This document shows, one piece after another, positions 9,366 through 19,089 of a DNA stretch of 64,000 nt. How positions within the stretch are numbered: the stretch's first letter is position 1; each line of letters opens with the position of its first letter. The stretch spans positions 17,241 through 81,240 of the forward strand of contig JBHLPF010000007.1 in NCBI GenBank assembly GCA_048939765.1, in the 5' to 3' direction. The notes beneath the pieces were generated by a model. That model saw nothing but the letters and a program-made list of their open reading frames with translations, searched no databases and had not been told where the DNA came from. Source of the stretch: Promethearchaeota archaeon. Its GTDB lineage: Archaea; Asgardarchaeota; Thorarchaeia; Thorarchaeales; Thorarchaeaceae. Both the position numbers and the translations under genes were made by a program.

Positions 9366-9776
9366 TTGGAGATTAGTGCTGTGAGTAGCATCGGTAAGAA
9401 GAAGAGTATTGGTGCCAATGATGCATTGCGATTCATTCTTGAACTTTGGGCCCTCGTTGCTTTTGGATACTGGGGTCTGAATCAAGATTTCGGCCTGTTC
9501 AATTATGCACTAATGCTAATACTTCCAATAGCCGCAGCTGCGATCTGGGGAATCTTTGCAGTTCCAAACGACCCAAGTAGATTTGGAGGCGCTCCAGTTC
9601 CCGTACCAGGAGCTGCTCGCCTATTGTTGGAATTCCTGGTCCTTGGCTCTGCATTCCTAGCGATGTATGTAGCGGAACTACTCTATCCTAGTCTGATATT
9701 TGGAGTTCTTGTCACCATTCACTACATTCTGGCTCATGAGCGAATCAGGTGGCTCCTAGGTGCAAAAGAAGCTTAG
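9366..9776 (+). CDS. Small membrane protein (YrdB/DUF2568-like)
   Basis: 136-aa ORF with a TTG start (a GTG alternative is at 9381). It has ALRFILELWALVAFGYWG followed by further TM helices. The family assignment is from memory. Confidence 0.5.
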   Translation: MEISAVSSIGKKKSIGANDALRFILELWALVAFGYWGLNQDFGLFNYALMLILPIAAAAIWGIFAVPNDPSRFGGAPVPVPGAARLLLEFLVLGSAFLAMYVAELLYPSLIFGVLVTIHYILAHERIRWLLGAKEA

Positions 9777-9791
9777 ACGACCAACACAAAA

Positions 9792-10673
9792 CTAGCTAAG
9801 AGCCTCAGGGACAACCTCTCTGATTGTCTGAAGTGACTCGATGACCTCTTCAGTCGTCAGCTCGAATATGAGAGGGCCCTTGAAATCGTCTTTCCTCAGC
9901 TCATTGAGAAAGTCCCTGACAGGTAGTTCTCCTTTCCCAATGGCAAGATGATCTTCATATTTCCCTGGAGTCTTGATATCGATGCCATCATTGAGATGCA
10001 CTTCGATTATCCTATCGCGATGCTGAGTATAGAACTCGAGCACAGACTCATCCCCAGACTGCTTTGTGAGAGCATGCCCAGTGTCGAAGCAGATACCTGT
10101 GTCATATTCGTCCACAACGTCACGGGTGAACTCGAATGGAAACTCGATATTCTCGATGGCTAACTTTCGTGAATCTATCTCTGTCCTGCTGATGATTTCT
10201 TCAACACTCTTCATCGAGAAAGAAGCCATGTATCCGCAGACAAGTAACTGCATGGCTTCAGAATGGTTGTTCCTGAGAAACTCAGCAGCCAGTGACCCGG
10301 ATGCATGGAGCACGTAAGCCTCGGGCTCCAGCGGCTCTGCTGTCTTGATTGAGTGGCAGATGCTGTCGACGCCACCCGACCTGATGAAGTCATTGAAAGA
10401 CGCTAGCTCGATTGACCAGAGGGGCAAATGCACTGTATAGGAATGTCCAAGTTCATCCTTTAAGTCGACAAGTTGAGAAAGCACCTTGGGTGTGATTGAA
10501 CCAGGCACCATGTGCTCCATCTCAATGGTAAGCTCGATTACTTCGATGTGTTCTATCGCTACAACTTCCCTGATAATGTCCACTAGATTGATGCGGGAGA
10601 AGTCTGGAAAGCCGTTTGCTATGATTTTCTGTACCGCTGGCAGGAACTCAATTGCGACTGCTCCAAACCGCAA
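9792..10673 (-). CDS. Sugar phosphate isomerase/epimerase (xylose isomerase-like TIM barrel) family protein
   Basis: 293-aa ORF. Its length and alternating beta/alpha pattern, with conserved acidic and His residues (HLPLW, VLHAS, FDTGHA, EVHLND), fit this family. Confidence 0.6.
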   Translation of the reverse strand: MRFGAVAIEFLPAVQKIIANGFPDFSRINLVDIIREVVAIEHIEVIELTIEMEHMVPGSITPKVLSQLVDLKDELGHSYTVHLPLWSIELASFNDFIRSGGVDSICHSIKTAEPLEPEAYVLHASGSLAAEFLRNNHSEAMQLLVCGYMASFSMKSVEEIISRTEIDSRKLAIENIEFPFEFTRDVVDEYDTGICFDTGHALTKQSGDESVLEFYTQHRDRIIEVHLNDGIDIKTPGKYEDHLAIGKGELPVRDFLNELRKDDFKGPLIFELTTEEVIESLQTIREVVPEALS

Positions 10674-10688
10674 TTTGATGAACTCACC

Positions 10689-12863
10689 TCATCCTAATAA
10701 GAACACAAACCAAGCATTTGCGACTGCAATCAACGGGAGGAATAGAGTCGCTGTCAGAGTGATCACGACTAGTAATGTATTGATGGATGGCCCGGCTGTG
10801 TCCTTAAACGGGTCTCCAACCATATCTCCTGTGACACTAATGTCATGAACACGATGCCATTCTTCAGTTCCTTTCTCGTATTTGGTGTAGTCAGGAGACT
10901 CAATGATTTTCTTGGTATTGTCCCAGGCTCCTCCTGCATTGTCCATCAGGAGGGCCATTATCAGACCGGACATGACAGCACCGCCTAGGTAGCCCGCAAG
11001 TGCTTCCAGTCCAAGAAACACTCCCGACACGATGGTGACTAGTATAGCAATTAGTGTACCAGGCATTAACTCTCTAATTGCCCCTGAAGTAGCAATAGCG
11101 ATGCATGCATGATAGTCAGGTCGGGAAGTGCCCTCGAGAATGCCTGGGTCTTCCTTGAATTGCCTGCGTATCTCTGTGATCATTCGCTCAGAGTTCCGCT
11201 CCACACCAAGAATCAGTATTGCTGAGAAGGTCACTGGAACTAATGCGCCAATTAGAGCTCCGGCTAATACCACAGGTGCCGCAAGATTCACGTTTGTTAG
11301 TGCAATTACACCTGGAATCCGGAGTGTTTCAGTGGACTCAAGAAAGGCTGCAAAAAGGGCCAGCACTGACACTGCTGATGCACCAATGGCAAATCCCTTT
11401 GTGATCGCCTTTGTGGTGTTGCCACTGGCATCCAGTTTATCACATACTACAATTGCCTCTTCGGGTGCTTGAGCCTGTTCGATGACACCTCGTGCGTTAT
11501 CCACAATGGGCCCATATGCATCCGAGCTCATGATCATTCCATTGGTTGACAGTAGGCCAACGGCTGCTATCGCGACACAGTAGATTCCATTCTCCCACGT
11601 CTGTGGACCTAGGGTTGATGCCCCTGATCCAAGAAGAAATGAAGCCACCATGGCTACACCAATACCAACCACAGATGGGACCGCACTCAGCAGACCGTAT
11701 GAGTAGCCTGACAGGATTAGATTCGCAGAACTCTTGTCTGCAGACTCGACCATTTTTTGCACGGGCGTGAATCCTCCAAAACCTCGGTCGCTGGTGAACA
11801 CATCACTTGTAAAGCCGATGAATACACCAGCAAAGAGACCGACGATTGCTGCCAGTGCTATTGCGAGGTCGAGCTGTAGAAACAGTACCATGGACACCGT
11901 GAAGATAGCAAATAGAATCGTCGTGATATAGGTCCCTCGATTCAATGCGGGTCCTGGATCTTGGTCTGGCTTCGCTCTGACCAAGAAGACACCGATTACT
12001 GAGGCGATAGTCCCAAGAGCAGCAATCATGAGAGGTAGGAGCCCAAACAGCTGGACGCCATCCAAGTGCAAGTCAATGCCAGCACCAAGGATTGAGGCCG
12101 CGAGGATAGCTGCCACATTGCTGTCATACAGGTCTGCTCCGGTTCCAGCTACGTCGCCAACATTGTCACCGACCGCATCAGCAACAGCAGCGGGATTTCT
12201 AGGGTCATCTTCAGGAATGTGATGTTCAATCTTGCCAACAAGATCAGCCGAAAGGTCAGCAGTCTTTGTATATATGCCGCCGCCAGCTTTGGCAAACAAG
12301 GCTACTGTGCTAGCTCCAAATGAGAAACCCGTAATAATCTCCCAGAGGGCAACTGCAGGCTCCACACCAATTGCCTCAAAGACCTCCGCAGGAATGACAG
12401 TATTCCAAAGGAAATAGAGAGTCCCTAGTCCGACTAGCGCTATCCCGGCGATCATCAGCCCCATTACTGAGCCAGCTCGGAATGCCACTTTGAAGGCAGG
12501 AACAAGTCCCCCTGTTTCCGCAGCCGCGGCTGTTCGACGGTTTGCTTTGGTAGCCACGACTATTCCAACATATCCCGCAGCCATGCTAGCCCCTGAGCCG
12601 AGGATATAAGAAATGGCGATTTGAATGCCGAAGTCTCGAAATAGAATTGCGATGAGTATCGCAAGAATCAGAGTAAAGATTGTGAGTATCTTGTATTGAA
12701 CCTTGATGAAAGAGTATGCGCCTTCTTCAACTAGTGCACTGACTTCGCGCATTTTTTCGCTGCCTTGGTCTTCTTTCTTGACCTGATAGTAGATGATGAA
12801 GGCGACAAGTATTGCTAGCACACCCGATGCAATACTTGTTCCTAGGAAAAGTGGGGCCGCCAT
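10689..12863 (-). CDS. hppA: Membrane-bound proton/sodium-translocating pyrophosphatase
   Basis: 724-aa polytopic ORF with the signatures GDNVGDVAGTGADLYDS, DNAGGAWDNTKK and GDMVGDPFKDTAGPSINTL. Confidence 0.95.
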   Translation of the reverse strand: MAAPLFLGTSIASGVLAILVAFIIYYQVKKEDQGSEKMREVSALVEEGAYSFIKVQYKILTIFTLILAILIAILFRDFGIQIAISYILGSGASMAAGYVGIVVATKANRRTAAAAETGGLVPAFKVAFRAGSVMGLMIAGIALVGLGTLYFLWNTVIPAEVFEAIGVEPAVALWEIITGFSFGASTVALFAKAGGGIYTKTADLSADLVGKIEHHIPEDDPRNPAAVADAVGDNVGDVAGTGADLYDSNVAAILAASILGAGIDLHLDGVQLFGLLPLMIAALGTIASVIGVFLVRAKPDQDPGPALNRGTYITTILFAIFTVSMVLFLQLDLAIALAAIVGLFAGVFIGFTSDVFTSDRGFGGFTPVQKMVESADKSSANLILSGYSYGLLSAVPSVVGIGVAMVASFLLGSGASTLGPQTWENGIYCVAIAAVGLLSTNGMIMSSDAYGPIVDNARGVIEQAQAPEEAIVVCDKLDASGNTTKAITKGFAIGASAVSVLALFAAFLESTETLRIPGVIALTNVNLAAPVVLAGALIGALVPVTFSAILILGVERNSERMITEIRRQFKEDPGILEGTSRPDYHACIAIATSGAIRELMPGTLIAILVTIVSGVFLGLEALAGYLGGAVMSGLIMALLMDNAGGAWDNTKKIIESPDYTKYEKGTEEWHRVHDISVTGDMVGDPFKDTAGPSINTLLVVITLTATLFLPLIAVANAWFVFLLG

Positions 12864-12940
12864 TTTGTATGCTCCATGTTTTTCGGGAGATGCCCTGTAT
12901 ATAGACTCTCCTCTAGTCGCAGCACAAATAGATTCAAAGA

Positions 12941-13429
12941 CTAGAGTTTTCGAAGCTGGTGGTTCTCGATAACTGGATCAAGCTCCAAAACTTCAACCTT
13001 CAGCATCTTGTCACCTTGACGTATCTGCTTGACAACATCAAAGCCCTCGACTGTCTGACCAAACACTGTGTGCTTTCCATTAAGGTGTTTGCAGTTGTTC
13101 CCATTCAGAACTATAAAGAATTGGGACCCACCCGTGTCACGTCCTGCATGTGCCATTGAAAAGGCTCCATCACTGTGTTTCTGCCTGTGTCCACTTGTTT
13201 CACAGGGGATTCTGTATCCTGGACCGCCTGAACCAGTTCCTGTTGGGTCACCGCCCTGAATCACGAAGTCAGGTACTACACGATGAAACATGAGACCGTC
13301 ATAATAGCCGCTTTGAGCTAGTGTGACGAAGTTTTTGACGGTGTTGATAGCATCATCTGACCAAAACTCTGCGACTATGTCACCCTTGTTTGTCTGAATC
13401 TTAATTCTAGTTGCCAAAGATATCACCAT
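12941..13429 (-). CDS. Cyclophilin-type peptidyl-prolyl cis-trans isomerase
   Basis: 162-aa ORF with FHRVVPDFVIQGGDPTGTGSGGPGY and GGSQFFI. Confidence 0.9.
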   Translation of the reverse strand: MVISLATRIKIQTNKGDIVAEFWSDDAINTVKNFVTLAQSGYYDGLMFHRVVPDFVIQGGDPTGTGSGGPGYRIPCETSGHRQKHSDGAFSMAHAGRDTGGSQFFIVLNGNNCKHLNGKHTVFGQTVEGFDVVKQIRQGDKMLKVEVLELDPVIENHQLRKL

Positions 13430-13555
13430 GACAATTGCTAACCAGCCGTTTTGCCAGTTGTTTTTTCACAGTATGACTCCTTCTTAGAGGTTGCGAAGCG
13501 GTCATAGGTATTATGCTCATCATTCTTAAGCACACCAAACGACTCCCTCGCGGTC

Positions 13556-14761
13556 ATGATAATAGAGAAAGAGTACAAAGAAGGCAGAATCACCTTCGTC
13601 AGTGCAGATGTGGACTATTATAGTGAGAATAAGAAGCAGCCAACTGCTGACATGCCAGTCTTCATGAATCCACGTATGCGCCTTAATCGTGACTTCTCTG
13701 TTCTCTTTCTCGCCGCGTATCTAGATGGAAATCCAATAGAACTGATGTGTGAACCACTTGCGGGATGCGGTGTCAGAACGCTCCGTTATCTGAAAGAGTG
13801 CCAAGGGACATTTGATGCATTGATGTTTGATGCGAATCCAAATGCCATTGAAACTATCAACAAGAACATACAGCTTCTAGGACTCTCTGAGAGGGCTATG
13901 GCAAAGCTAGGAGATGCCAAGGTCCTTCTACTGACTGAATCGAGGGAGAGGAGATTTGACTACGTGGATGTTGATCCATTTGGAACGCCTGCTCCGTACA
14001 TGAGTGCGGCAATTCAATCAATGGGTCCCAAGGGAGGGCTTCTTGCCCTCACGGCTACCGATATGGCATCACTCTATGGTGTCTATCCTAGAGTGGCTCT
14101 CAGGAAATACGGTGGTCTCTCGACTAGGACTCCATTCTCACACGAGCTTGCTGTGAGACTCTTGATTGGACATTCTTTCAATGTCGCAGGAGCCAACGAC
14201 TACTCGGTCACGCCACTTGCGGTGCTAAGTACGGATCATTATATCAGAATCTGGCTCCGAATCAGAGCTGACAGAAACGGAGCGAATCGCAATGTAGATG
14301 ACATGGGGCTAGTCATGTATTGTCCGGAGTGCATGCATTCTGAAATGATTCCATTGAGGTCTAAACAGGAGTACTGGAAAATTGAGCATCAGAAGGATGA
14401 TTGTTCTGGAAGGCTTGTCACTGCCGGTCCTCTCTGGATTGGCAGTCTCTACGATACAGACATCTTGGACGCTGCGGAACGGATTGTTCCAGAAATGGAA
14501 GATGTGTTTGAGAAACGTGTCACAAAGATGCTACGGATGATGATTGATGAGTGTGTACTGGATACTAATCCGTTTATTGACATCCACGCACTCTGTGACC
14601 TACATAACCTGGTCCCTCCGAAGCTTGCAGAAATCATCTCCGCCCTTAGAGAGGCTGGAAATCTTGCGGAACGGACCCATTTCAGACCAACGGCGATACG
14701 AACTAACGCCGCAGTAAGAGAAGTGGCTGAGATTGTAGCCGCACTTTCAGGAGAGAAGTAG
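13556..14761 (+). CDS. trm1: tRNA (guanine26-N2)-dimethyltransferase
   Basis: 401-aa ORF with VFMNPRMRLNRDFSV, DVDPFGTPAPYM and a Cys cluster. It reads as the Trm1 family. Confidence 0.85.
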   Translation: MIIEKEYKEGRITFVSADVDYYSENKKQPTADMPVFMNPRMRLNRDFSVLFLAAYLDGNPIELMCEPLAGCGVRTLRYLKECQGTFDALMFDANPNAIETINKNIQLLGLSERAMAKLGDAKVLLLTESRERRFDYVDVDPFGTPAPYMSAAIQSMGPKGGLLALTATDMASLYGVYPRVALRKYGGLSTRTPFSHELAVRLLIGHSFNVAGANDYSVTPLAVLSTDHYIRIWLRIRADRNGANRNVDDMGLVMYCPECMHSEMIPLRSKQEYWKIEHQKDDCSGRLVTAGPLWIGSLYDTDILDAAERIVPEMEDVFEKRVTKMLRMMIDECVLDTNPFIDIHALCDLHNLVPPKLAEIISALREAGNLAERTHFRPTAIRTNAAVREVAEIVAALSGEK

Positions 14762-14763
14762 AC

Positions 14764-15384
14764 ATGCCTAGACCAAAGAAATCCCGGACGAAAGAACACT
14801 ACTACAAGTCGGCCAAGGCCCATGGATACAGGGCTAGGAGTGCATACAAGCTTAGACAGATTGCACAAAAACACAAGCTGCTTGATGATGTCGATACCGT
14901 AGTCGAACTCTGTAGTAGTCCGGGCGGATGGACTCAGGTGCTTCGAGAGATGGACAGTGGTCTAGAAATTGTGGCTGTTGATCTCAATCCAATGGCTCCA
15001 ATTAAAGGAGTGACATTCATTCAAGGGGACATCTTGGAACCCAAGACACTGGACCAAATCAGGGCTGCAACCCGTGGGACCATTGATCTGGTCATATCCG
15101 ACTGTGCGCCAAATGTGTCTGGAAACTGGGACTTGGACGTCTTCAGACAGCTCTCATTAGCTGAACGTGCTCTAGACATTGGAATGAAGCTATTGGATTC
15201 CAAAGGAAAGGTACTCACGAAGGTCTTCCAAGGCAGTGGATTCCAAGAGTTCCTTCAGACGACTAGGAAGAAGTACCGTTCTGTCAAACTGGTAAAACCA
15301 GCAGCATCACGCCAGAGCAGTGCCGAGATCTATCTACTTGCGTTAGGACCAATTGGAAAGCCAGAAAATGAAATCGGGCACTAG
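14764..15384 (+). CDS. rlmE: 23S rRNA U2552 ribose 2'-O-methyltransferase (FtsJ/RlmE)
   Basis: 206-aa ORF with GYRARSAYKLRQI, VVELCSSPGGWTQV and DLVISDCAPNVSG. Confidence 0.9.
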   Translation: MPRPKKSRTKEHYYKSAKAHGYRARSAYKLRQIAQKHKLLDDVDTVVELCSSPGGWTQVLREMDSGLEIVAVDLNPMAPIKGVTFIQGDILEPKTLDQIRAATRGTIDLVISDCAPNVSGNWDLDVFRQLSLAERALDIGMKLLDSKGKVLTKVFQGSGFQEFLQTTRKKYRSVKLVKPAASRQSSAEIYLLALGPIGKPENEIGH

Positions 15385-15734
15385 TTCGCCTGTGTACTGA
15401 TCATCCAATCTTCAATTTCCCTGCAGCTAACAGGCGAGTCAGGCTGTCTAACACCACATCTGCTAATCTTCAGACAATGAAAACAGGGACACCCATTCAT
15501 ATCGGACAGACTACCATGGTCAGCCTCATCGCTGAAGTCCGCTCTCAGCATATACTTCTCTTCCTTTTGTTCTAGTTTCTGCACTTTGATTAGCCCCTTT
15601 GTCACAAGTTGCTCGATTTTATCGGTCAATTTGGCTGGTTTCATACCAAGGCTAGACGCTAGTTCATTGACGAGAAGACCCCTCTCCCCTGCCGCATTCA
15701 GAGCGTCCAGAATTGGGTCCATTTCATCGTTCAT
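15381..15734 (-). CDS. Winged-helix protein with a C-terminal Cys cluster
   Basis: 117-aa ORF. The N-terminal wHTH-like segment is LLVNELASSLGMKPAKLTDKIEQLVTKGLIKV. The C-terminus is CPCFHCLKISRCGVRQPDSPVSC. Confidence 0.5.
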   Translation of the reverse strand: MNDEMDPILDALNAAGERGLLVNELASSLGMKPAKLTDKIEQLVTKGLIKVQKLEQKEEKYMLRADFSDEADHGSLSDMNGCPCFHCLKISRCGVRQPDSPVSCREIEDWMISTQAN

Positions 15735-15844
15735 TGAGATGACCTTTGGCTAACACATGGCAACACACGACATTCAGCACGGATTGATATTTAGATTTCG
15801 GAAGAGGCTCCACATTTTCGACAATTGATGTACAGAAGTGTACA

Positions 15845-16087
15845 TTATTTTGAACGTTTATAGAGATATAGAATCTGACCCACAAGCTTCTCTGCACTTT
15901 TCTTGTCCAAGGGTCGAACAGCCACATATGGGGTCTTCACAGGTCCAAACACATCAACAATAGCTCCAATCTTCTCGGCATTTTTGTTCACAACGACTGA
16001 TTTGTCGCCCATAGCAGGTGTCTTGTCTGTTTTGAGGATTAGAAACCCCCGTTTGGAAACATGTAACACTTTTCCGAGTCGTTTCAT
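15845..16087 (-). CDS. gar1: H/ACA RNP protein Gar1
   Basis: MKRLGKVLHVSKRGFLILKTDKTPAMGDKSVVVNKNAEKIGAIVDVFGPVKTPYVAVRP matches archaeal Gar1. The start is taken at the MKRLGK Met; the ORF track extends to 16108. Confidence 0.85.
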   Translation of the reverse strand: MKRLGKVLHVSKRGFLILKTDKTPAMGDKSVVVNKNAEKIGAIVDVFGPVKTPYVAVRPLDKKSAEKLVGQILYLYKRSK

Positions 16088-16113
16088 CAGAATCCACCGA
16101 GTTCCCAACAGAA

Positions 16114-16476
16114 CTATCGCTTCTTGCCTTTTCGTTTCTTCTTGCTCTTTTTCTTTTCCGCATCTTTCTTCGCGGATTCACGCTGTGCAACTATGCGTCT
16201 AACGCCCTTAGCCAACATTAGCAGTAGCCGCTTCTTCTTGTGTCCTTCAGGATTCTCTACGACCAGATAGCCGCTCGCACTGCTCCAATTCCGAGGATAT
16301 CGCTTGTCTGGTTCCAACTCATACTCAAACCCTGCAGATTCTGCAGCCTTCTGAAGGATTTCAACTGTGACTTCAGGCGCACCAAGATTCTTTGACACCC
16401 TCCGTCCTTGTGCTCTACTTAAGTTGGAATCCAAGTATGCGGGCCAAACAATAACCATTCCATCGCGTTTTCTCAT
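16114..16476 (-). CDS. srp19: Signal recognition particle protein SRP19
   Basis: [28 protein letters not shown] is the SRP19 core. The start is taken at MRKRDG (16476); the track ORF extends to 16590. There is a Lys-rich tail [18 protein letters not shown]. Confidence 0.85.
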   Translation of the reverse strand: MRKRDGMVIVWPAYLDSNLSRAQGRRVSKNLGAPEVTVEILQKAAESAGFEYELEPDKRYPRNWSSASGYLVVENPEGHKKKRLLLMLAKGVRRIVAQRESAKKDAEKKKSKKKRKGKKR

Positions 16477-16612
16477 TACTGCGAGATTCTCCTTGGTTCC
16501 GTGGACAGGCGCCCCCAGGACCAGTGTTCTTTTTATCTTTCCCATTCCGCGACGGACAAAGACCTTCATAAGAACGAATAGTCTCCTCAAGAATCAAGGA
16601 GCTGTTCTGATA

Positions 16613-17089
16613 TTGGCAAGGAAGAGCAAGGACGTCTACTTCTGCGAGATTGCAGACTTGGTATCATCGAGAAGCACTTGTCTAAGAAACCAAGTAGGAG
16701 CTGTAATCGTAAAGGAAGCACAGATTCTCAGTACGGGATACAACGGTGCGCCAAAGGGACTGAAGCATTGTGAAGAGGTAGGTTGTATGCGCGAGGAGCT
16801 TGGTGTCAAACCTGGTGAACGACACGAGCTCTGTCGTGGTCTTCATGCTGAGCAGAACGCCGTCATTCAGGCTGCCTATCATGGTGTAAGTGTGAATGGT
16901 GCTATGATATTCTGCACAACAAGACCCTGTAGTATTTGCACCAAGATCCTAATCAATGCAGGAATCAAGGAGATAGTGTACATCGAACACTATGAGGACA
17001 AGCTTGCAGCCCAGCTTATAGATGAGGCAGGGCTCAAGCTGAGACAAGTCGAGATTCCTAGAAAATATGGAAGGAACTCTTCCAAGTAG
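16613..17089 (+). CDS. dCMP deaminase (CMP/dCMP zinc deaminase)
   Basis: Contains HAEQNAV and [19 protein letters not shown]. The track ORF starts at 16367, overlapping srp19. I place the start at the in-frame TTG at 16613, giving (M)[22 protein letters not shown]. Confidence 0.8.
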   Translation: MARKSKDVYFCEIADLVSSRSTCLRNQVGAVIVKEAQILSTGYNGAPKGLKHCEEVGCMREELGVKPGERHELCRGLHAEQNAVIQAAYHGVSVNGAMIFCTTRPCSICTKILINAGIKEIVYIEHYEDKLAAQLIDEAGLKLRQVEIPRKYGRNSSK

Positions 17090-17182
17090 GTGTAGGCGCC
17101 AACTTGGGAAAGGCACCGGTTCTCTGGAAAGCTTAAAGTACGACATCAGTTGCTCATCGGCCAATAGCTGGAGAGGCGCCTG

Positions 17183-18097
17183 ATGCGAAGTTTGCACAAT
17201 CTGATCAGCATACATGACCTCGACCGGACCACGATAGACAAGATTCTCAAGACTGCTGAGGAGATGGAATCTGTTGCCGTCGAAAGGTCAAACGAATTGA
17301 GTGGCAAGATTATGGCGACTCTCTTCTTTGAACCATCGACTAGGACTCGGCTTTCATTTGAGAGTGCAATGATCAGGTTAGGCGGACGTGTTCTTGGATT
17401 TGCAGATGTGATCTCATCATCAGCTGGAGGTAAGGGGGAAACTCTTGCAGATACAATCCGTACAGTCGAAAGATATGCAGACATCATTGTGATACGACAC
17501 CCCTTGGATGGCTCGGCAAGAGTCGCTGCAGAGTTTTCAAGCGTCCCTATAATCAATGCTGGCAGTGGTTCTGAAGAACATCCAACACAAGCACTCCTCG
17601 ATCTCTATTCCATTAAGAAGATAAAAGGTACAATAGACGGCCTCTCAATCTCGCTCTGTGGAGATTTGAGGTACGGCAGAACTGTTCATTCTCTCGGGAT
17701 GGCCCTCTCATACTACGATGTCAATGTCAAGCTGGCTGCCCCGCCCACATTGAGAATGAAGCCAGCAATCGTTGAGGAAATGAAGAAATCAGGCATCAAG
17801 GTCACTGAAGTCGAATCTGTTGAGGATGCAATTAGCGACGTGGATGTTGTTTACATGACTCGTATCCAGAAGGAACGCTTTCCTGATGTGAACGAGTATG
17901 ACGAAGTTAGAGGCAAGTTCCGAATCACAGCTGATGATCTAAAGCTGATGCGTGAGGATGCTATCATCCTTCACCCCCTTCCTCGTGTTGATGAACTCTC
18001 TTCAGAGATTGACAATACACCACATGCGAAGTATTTCGATCAAGTATATAGTGGCGTGGTGACGAGGATGGCCATCTTGAAGATGATACTTGGCTAA
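17183..18097 (+). CDS. pyrB: Aspartate carbamoyltransferase catalytic subunit
   Basis: 304-aa ORF with FFEPSTRTRLSFESA, HPTQALLD and HPLPRVDE. Confidence 0.95.
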   Translation: MRSLHNLISIHDLDRTTIDKILKTAEEMESVAVERSNELSGKIMATLFFEPSTRTRLSFESAMIRLGGRVLGFADVISSSAGGKGETLADTIRTVERYADIIVIRHPLDGSARVAAEFSSVPIINAGSGSEEHPTQALLDLYSIKKIKGTIDGLSISLCGDLRYGRTVHSLGMALSYYDVNVKLAAPPTLRMKPAIVEEMKKSGIKVTEVESVEDAISDVDVVYMTRIQKERFPDVNEYDEVRGKFRITADDLKLMREDAIILHPLPRVDELSSEIDNTPHAKYFDQVYSGVVTRMAILKMILG

Positions 18098-18834
18098 TCT
18101 GGACCTATGCTGCGGAGTTCTCGAACAAGCGTGTCAAGTGAACTAATCTTGCTGACTGCTAGAGGAATTCTCATCTGTTCTGAGAGCTCAAGCGCAAGTC
18201 TATCAACTTCATCTACGCCATGTAGGATGACTAGAGTTGGTTTGAATTCTTGGGATTTTATTGCAATCATCGGAGCGCGTCCAGTATTTGCTTTTGTGAA
18301 TATCAGACATCGTTCAGTTGTAGCGCCGAAGAGCTTCAAGAACCCTTCACTGCTAAGCTCTTTCACAGCCCGTTCGACATCAACCAAAGTGTATCCGTAG
18401 ATCTCTTTGTCCAAGAGATTCGCTCCAGTCTTGACACTACACTTTAATCTCTTGCAGAAGTCGTCCATAGTCATAGGGGACATGAAATCGCTCATGGCCA
18501 AGACTATGTTCAGATCAACAAGACTCACATCCATGAGACGAACAAATGCGGCAATCACCTGACCACCATTCCGCTCGTCAAGTGATATCAGTGCCATCAC
18601 AAAACGCCTTATAGTTGATGTACCTGGTGATTTCCTCCGTCCTGACTCATAGTCACTGATAACACTCGGACTAATGCCAATGAAGTCAGCAAGCTCGATT
18701 TGAGGGAGTCGAAAGCGTTCTCTCCAGACACGCATGGTCTTCCCTGGGTAATCAGACAATGCTATCTCGCCGGCAATACGTCGTGCAAGTCTCTCCCTGA
18801 CAGACGACTGCATTGACATAGCTGAGCCTCTCAT
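18094..18834 (-). CDS. Archaeal HTH (XRE-type) putative transcriptional regulator
   Basis: 246-aa ORF. The HTH is LPQIELADFIGISPSVISDYESGRRK, followed by a C-terminal domain of unknown function. Confidence 0.6.
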   Translation of the reverse strand: MRGSAMSMQSSVRERLARRIAGEIALSDYPGKTMRVWRERFRLPQIELADFIGISPSVISDYESGRRKSPGTSTIRRFVMALISLDERNGGQVIAAFVRLMDVSLVDLNIVLAMSDFMSPMTMDDFCKRLKCSVKTGANLLDKEIYGYTLVDVERAVKELSSEGFLKLFGATTERCLIFTKANTGRAPMIAIKSQEFKPTLVILHGVDEVDRLALELSEQMRIPLAVSKISSLDTLVRELRSIGPD

Positions 18835-18919
18835 AGTTCAGTGATAAGGATTTCGACTATTGCCGAAGTCACTCTTGAGATGCCAATCTAGGAGAAGACC
18901 GAATCAGGCCTTCCAGAGA

Positions 18920-19028
18920 TGGTGGGCCGGAGGAGATTCGAACTCCTGATCCCCTGGAGACCTGCTTGCAGACCTGATGGTCACCAAGTCCCAAACCAGG
19001 AATCATAGCCAAGCTAGACCACCGACCC
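18920..19028 (-). tRNA. tRNA-Pro (anticodon UGG) with a roughly 31-nt canonical (37/38) intron, CCA encoded
   Basis: Acceptor GGGTCGG/CCGGCCC, anticodon stem CCTGG/CCAGG, loop TTTGGG-x interrupted at about 18959-18989, T arm AGGAG-TTCGAAT-CTCCT, then A-CCA. Confidence 0.85.
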
Positions 19029-19089
19029 TGTTGGTAGACGGAGTGTCCTTACTTACGGTTATAAGAATAGCGGAGCCTATCTTTGAAAT

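Noticed and set aside
16367-16612. The long N-terminal extension of the dCMP deaminase ORF, and likewise 3006-3221 of the first CoA-transferase ORF.
   Set aside because: The deaminase extension overlaps srp19 on the other strand and has no family similarity. The in-frame TTG at 16613 gives a normal deaminase N-terminus. For 3006-3221, the paralog alignment fixes the start at 3222.
17183-18097. Absence of pyrI next to pyrB as an anomaly.
   Set aside because: Many organisms have an unregulated or differently organised ATCase. The gene could lie elsewhere, so this is not informative on its own.
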